Virus record (IMG/VR): IMGVR_UViG_3300018083_000059
Coordinates: 1 to 42,521 of that record
Reading direction: 5' to 3' (one strand)
Source of the DNA: a virus
DNA length: 42,521 nucleotides
This document shows, piece by piece, positions 38,891 to 42,521 of this stretch (position 1 is its first letter; every line of letters begins with the position of its first letter). A program made the position numbers and the translations under genes. The notes beneath the pieces were generated by a model. That model saw only the letters and a list, made by a program, of their open reading frames with translations. It was not told the DNA's origin and searched no databases.

Positions 38891-41800
38891 CGACCTTGGA
38901 GTTCGAGGGTTCGCCAACGTTTACGCTGGCCTTCGAGGTCAGCAGCGGGACCGGCGGCACCGGTACCGGCTATCCGATTGCCACCCAGCCCGAGGCCGAG
39001 GCCGGCACGTCCAACACCAGCCTGATGACGCCGCTGCGGACGCATCAGGCGGTCGATTTCCGCATCGCCACCGAGGCCGAGGCTGCTGCCGGCGTTTCGA
39101 CCACCACCCTGATCACACCGGCGACGCTTCATTCGGCTTCCGCTTCGCAGCTATGGTTTTTTGACAAGGCGCTCGACCTTCTCGCTGTGACCGTTCCGGT
39201 GGGGGTCGATGTAATTTACCGGCTTGGCTATTACCAGCGCGGCGATCACGAGATCACCCGCTTCAAGCGCAAGCTCATCGCGCCGACTACTGCGCCGACG
39301 AACAACCTTGCCTGGGAGCAGGACGCTTCCGGGGCCTACTTCGTCAATGACATGCCGCGGATCGACGTCCGCACTTTCGGCGTCATGCCCGATGGCAAGA
39401 AGGTCAACGGCACCACCGTCACAACCGGCATATCGATCACCACCGGCACTGCAACCCTGACGGTGCCGGGCGCCAACTTCACCGCGGCCAATGTGGGCAA
39501 CTGGATACAGGTCGACGGCGCCGGGCCGCTGACCGAGATTGTCACCAACAACTGGATCGATGATCTCACCACGACGATCGCCTCGGTCGACGGCCCGACG
39601 CAGGTGACGCTGACCGACGCTGCCTCACAGACAGTGGCATACACCGATGGCAAGGCGGCTTATTGGGGCACCAACTACGTCACCCAGCTGCAGAACTGTT
39701 GTCGCGCACACGCGACAATGAAGAAACCGATGTATTTTCCGGCCAGCGAGTTCTTCTATCTCTTCGACAAGAGCCTCTGCGGCCTCAACGGATACGGCGA
39801 CATCCACCTCTGCGGCGATGGCGTGTCGAGCTGGCTGATGTTTGCCGGTTGGGACAGTCCAGCCGTCGATCTGTCCGAGACCTGCATGCTCCATATAACC
39901 GGGGGGATGCTGCCGCGGACCACTCTCGACACCCCTGTAACGACGCCTCCCGGCAGTCCGCTGCTGAAGGCGAATCGGGCTGGCCAGGACATCATCCGGG
40001 TGATCAGCCAGGCCAACCTCCAGGTCGGCGACTGGCTGTCGATCAGGGACTTGTCGAAGAAATATTACTCGTTGACGGGTGAAGACCCCTTCGGCAATCC
40101 GATGAACGGCTACCAGGGAGAGGTCTGCCGGATCAGGGAGGCGATCGACGCCAGCCATTTTCGCCTCCACGCCATGCTTGAGGTCGATTATGCCGCCAGT
40201 GCGACGGCCGGACTGGAAAGCGATGTCAGGGAGATAACACCCGTTACGGGGGTTGATGTTCACGACCTAAAGCTAGATGTTTCCAAGCCCATGAACAACT
40301 ATAGCGGTAGCAGTATTTCGCTTAACCGCGTGTGGAGAGGGAACGTCAAGAACTGTTTCTTCCCACATTCGTCCCATGGGGCGGTCGTTCTTGGATACCC
40401 GATCGATGTGACGGTCGATAACAATCAGATGGAATGGTCCGGCGGCCTCGACGGCATGCAGACGGATGGGGATCACGATCCCTACAAGGGCTATACGGTC
40501 ATCATCACTGGCGGCGCGCAGAACTGCCGCATCTCGAATAACATCGCTCGCAACGTTCGCCACTTCATCACCGGGTCGAACGCCACCGATATCGCTCCTC
40601 GCCATGTGATGGTAAGCAACTGCCATGTGGTAGAGGGTCGGGTGCTGGTCGATTCCCACCCGGGTGCCGATTATTGGCAGTTCTATAATTGTTCGGTTGA
40701 TGGCGGCATTTGGATAGACGAGGTTGACCAGGTTGGATACGGATATCAAATCCGTGGCAACTATAACGAGTTCATCAACTGTCGAGCCAGGAATGTCGCG
40801 ATCGCCCTTCAGCCGGTGTTCTGCGATGGGACGAGAGTGATCAACTTTTCTGCTGATAACTGTGATGTTGGCATCTCGATCTATAACTGCCGAAACACCC
40901 ATATCAAGGATGCCAAGATCACCAACCCGCGCTCCATGGGGTTCTTCTTCCATTGGTCACCCGCGCCGACTACAACCGAAATGCAGGACTTCGGCGACCT
41001 CGATATCGATGGCTTCTGGGTTTATGGGAACCCCAGCCAGACGTCTGTGGTCCCGGATTACAAGACGGTCACGCCGACCGGCATGGTCTTCGGCTATTGG
41101 GACACGTCGGACGTGTTCCATGCGCAATGGAAGCCGGGGTTCCGCCTGCGGAACTGGCACATGGACGAATGCACCACGCCGTTCATGGGCGTGCCATATG
41201 AGGCCGCCTATGGGCCGGGCATCCCGGCTTCGGCTGCGATCAATTACGCGGTGATCGCTGAATCGCCGAAGCGGGAACTGCACCAGGCGGCTGCCTTGGC
41301 GGTGCTGACTTCGGGCACGACCTACATGCAGGAGATCGACCTTGAGAAAGGGCGCCCTGTCGCCGCTCTCGGGTCGATGTTCGGTTCCGCCGGTACGACC
41401 GTGACCAACCTTTGGTTCGGGCTTTACGACAAGGATCGGAACCTGCTGGCACGGACCAGCGACAAGGCGGCGGCACCGACGCCCGACGTCATGACGCAGC
41501 TGGTCTGCGACCGCATCCATAGGCCGACCTACACCGGCCGCCATTATATCGGCATCACCTGCGCCGGGGCGGCCATGCCGACCGTCTACGGCCGGGTCAT
41601 CCCGACGCCGGTCGCTACGCTCCCGCCGATCCGCTCGGGTGCATCGAACACCGGCCTGACGGCGCCGGCTTCTGCCCCGGCGATCGCCTCGGCGACATCG
41701 GTGACGTCGCTGGACCTTGAGAACAGCATCGTCGGGACCAAGAAGATCATCACCCAGTCGGGCAAGGCGTTCGTTGAGGGCATGCGGGTCAAGGTCGCCC

Positions 41801-42000
41801 GGACGTCGGACCCGACGAAATACATGCTCGGCTGGGTGACGACCTACTCGTCGACCACGCTGTGGGTTTGCGTCGACAGCGTTATCGGTACGGGCACCGC
41901 AATCATCGACTGGACGATTACCGGCGATGCCGTGGCCACGGCGATCACGCCGAACGGTAATCAGCCCTATGTCGTGGCGCTCGGACCCTGGTGGGAATAG
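38887..42000 (+). CDS. Tailspike / depolymerase with right-handed beta-helix (pectate-lyase-like) centre
   Basis: N-terminal repeats ATQPEAEAGTSNTSLMTPLRTHQA / ATEAEAAAGVSTTTLITPATLHSA. Beta-helix-type repeats (NCRISNNIARNVRHFITGSN, NCRARNVAIAL, NCDVGISIYNCRNTHIKDAKITN). Confidence 0.7.
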   Translation: MTTLEFEGSPTFTLAFEVSSGTGGTGTGYPIATQPEAEAGTSNTSLMTPLRTHQAVDFRIATEAEAAAGVSTTTLITPATLHSASASQLWFFDKALDLLAVTVPVGVDVIYRLGYYQRGDHEITRFKRKLIAPTTAPTNNLAWEQDASGAYFVNDMPRIDVRTFGVMPDGKKVNGTTVTTGISITTGTATLTVPGANFTAANVGNWIQVDGAGPLTEIVTNNWIDDLTTTIASVDGPTQVTLTDAASQTVAYTDGKAAYWGTNYVTQLQNCCRAHATMKKPMYFPASEFFYLFDKSLCGLNGYGDIHLCGDGVSSWLMFAGWDSPAVDLSETCMLHITGGMLPRTTLDTPVTTPPGSPLLKANRAGQDIIRVISQANLQVGDWLSIRDLSKKYYSLTGEDPFGNPMNGYQGEVCRIREAIDASHFRLHAMLEVDYAASATAGLESDVREITPVTGVDVHDLKLDVSKPMNNYSGSSISLNRVWRGNVKNCFFPHSSHGAVVLGYPIDVTVDNNQMEWSGGLDGMQTDGDHDPYKGYTVIITGGAQNCRISNNIARNVRHFITGSNATDIAPRHVMVSNCHVVEGRVLVDSHPGADYWQFYNCSVDGGIWIDEVDQVGYGYQIRGNYNEFINCRARNVAIALQPVFCDGTRVINFSADNCDVGISIYNCRNTHIKDAKITNPRSMGFFFHWSPAPTTTEMQDFGDLDIDGFWVYGNPSQTSVVPDYKTVTPTGMVFGYWDTSDVFHAQWKPGFRLRNWHMDECTTPFMGVPYEAAYGPGIPASAAINYAVIAESPKRELHQAAALAVLTSGTTYMQEIDLEKGRPVAALGSMFGSAGTTVTNLWFGLYDKDRNLLARTSDKAAAPTPDVMTQLVCDRIHRPTYTGRHYIGITCAGAAMPTVYGRVIPTPVATLPPIRSGASNTGLTAPASAPAIASATSVTSLDLENSIVGTKKIITQSGKAFVEGMRVKVARTSDPTKYMLGWVTTYSSTTLWVCVDSVIGTGTAIIDWTITGDAVATAITPNGNQPYVVALGPWWE

Positions 42001-42003
42001 GCG

Positions 42004-42234
42004 ATGGCGACGCATCTCTATGACGACCTGCCGACCGCCCTCGCCAAAGCGGTAGCACGCGCCTTCTGGCGGCAGATCTACGACTATCCGATCATGAAAG
42101 AGGTCGGCGGCGGCCAGTTCGTCTTCGAGTCGGCGACGGCGGGGATGACCGATGGCGCCGTCGAGGATGCCATCCGCGCGGATATGCAGGGCATGGGCTT
42201 TCTGTGGAACGACGATGGGAGCAACGCCTTTTGA
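42004..42234 (+). CDS. Hypothetical protein
   Basis: 76-aa ORF with good GC3. Confidence 0.5.
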   Translation: MATHLYDDLPTALAKAVARAFWRQIYDYPIMKEVGGGQFVFESATAGMTDGAVEDAIRADMQGMGFLWNDDGSNAF

Positions 42235-42473
42235 GCGAGGAAACCATTCGCCGCGCCAATGAGGCGCGTCAGCTGCTCGCCAACCCGCTGCTCATCGAGG
42301 CCTTCGAGCGGGTCGAGGCCAAGGACTTCGAGGATGCCCTCGAGGTTTTCGATGCGGACGAAAAGCTGGAGTTTCTTCGCCGCGTGCAGGCACTGCGGGC
42401 GGTGCGGGTCGAGATCGAAACCATGATCCTTGAAGGCAATGCCGAAGTGCGGCCACGGCCCACCGCCGCCTGA
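42231..42473 (+). CDS. Hypothetical helical protein preceding the scaffold gene
   Basis: TTG at 42231 overlaps the upstream stop (TTGA); an alternative GTG is at 42204. Its 3' end lies in the terminal overlap. Confidence 0.45.
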   Translation: MSEETIRRANEARQLLANPLLIEAFERVEAKDFEDALEVFDADEKLEFLRRVQALRAVRVEIETMILEGNAEVRPRPTAA

Positions 42474-42521
42474 TCCCAGGAGTTTTCAATGCCACAAGCT
42501 GATGACGCGCCATCTGGCAGC
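42399..42521. repeat. Terminal overlap copy 2 (identical to 1-123)
   Basis: Direct comparison of the first and last 123 nt. Confidence 0.95.
42489..42521 (+). CDS. 5' end (partial, duplicated copy) of the scaffold gene 91..1155
   Basis: Identical to 91-123. Confidence 0.6.
   Translation, partial: MPQADDAPSGS

Larger units (their letters stand above)
1..42398. mobile_element. One complete unit of a temperate tailed-phage genome (circular or circularly permuted assembly)
   Basis: 1-123 is identical to 42399-42521. Content is entirely phage-like: integrase, CI/Cro switch, replication, terminase, portal, capsid, tail. No host genes at either edge. Confidence 0.8.

Overview
The window is one complete unit of a GC-rich, temperate, podovirus-like phage genome. 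Bases 1-123 are identical to 42399-42521, so the unit is 42398 bp and the assembly closes on itself. No host flanks are visible. Minus-strand lysogeny arm (18.2-22.6 kb): a short CI-like repressor, small unknown genes, a secreted repeat protein, an excisionase-like HTH, a tyrosine integrase and a C5-cytosine methyltransferase. Plus-strand early arm (22.6-29.9 kb): Cro-like protein, PD-(D/E)XK nucleases, a small N6-adenine MTase, a gp2.5-like SSB, a primase-polymerase/helicase followed by an iteron-type origin, three unknowns and a strong terminator. Late arm (30.0 kb through the junction to 18.2 kb): holin-like protein, an RNAP alpha-CTD-like protein, TerS, TerL, a beta-class MTase, portal, accessory tail genes, a beta-helix tailspike, scaffold and major capsid protein. 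These are followed by a T7-like order of tubular proteins, internal virion proteins (one muralytic) and a tail fiber. Most noteworthy: (1) the C5-MTase locus has two fully overlapping same-strand ORFs, and its motifs and codon-position GC switch frame A->B->A. (2) Two paralogous HNH genes each sit directly after an essential virion gene whose last 25-55 codons are recoded to about 45% GC, a homing footprint. (3) There is an iteron, poly-C and hairpin origin downstream of the primase gene. (4) A 20-bp duplication including the portal start codon brackets a 205-bp insertion. (5) A phage alpha-CTD-like gene heads the late operon. (6) One antisense gene sits inside the virion module. No tRNA, CRISPR array, reverse transcriptase or dedicated endolysin was recognised. 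All functional calls come from motif recognition by eye and gene order; no database search was run.
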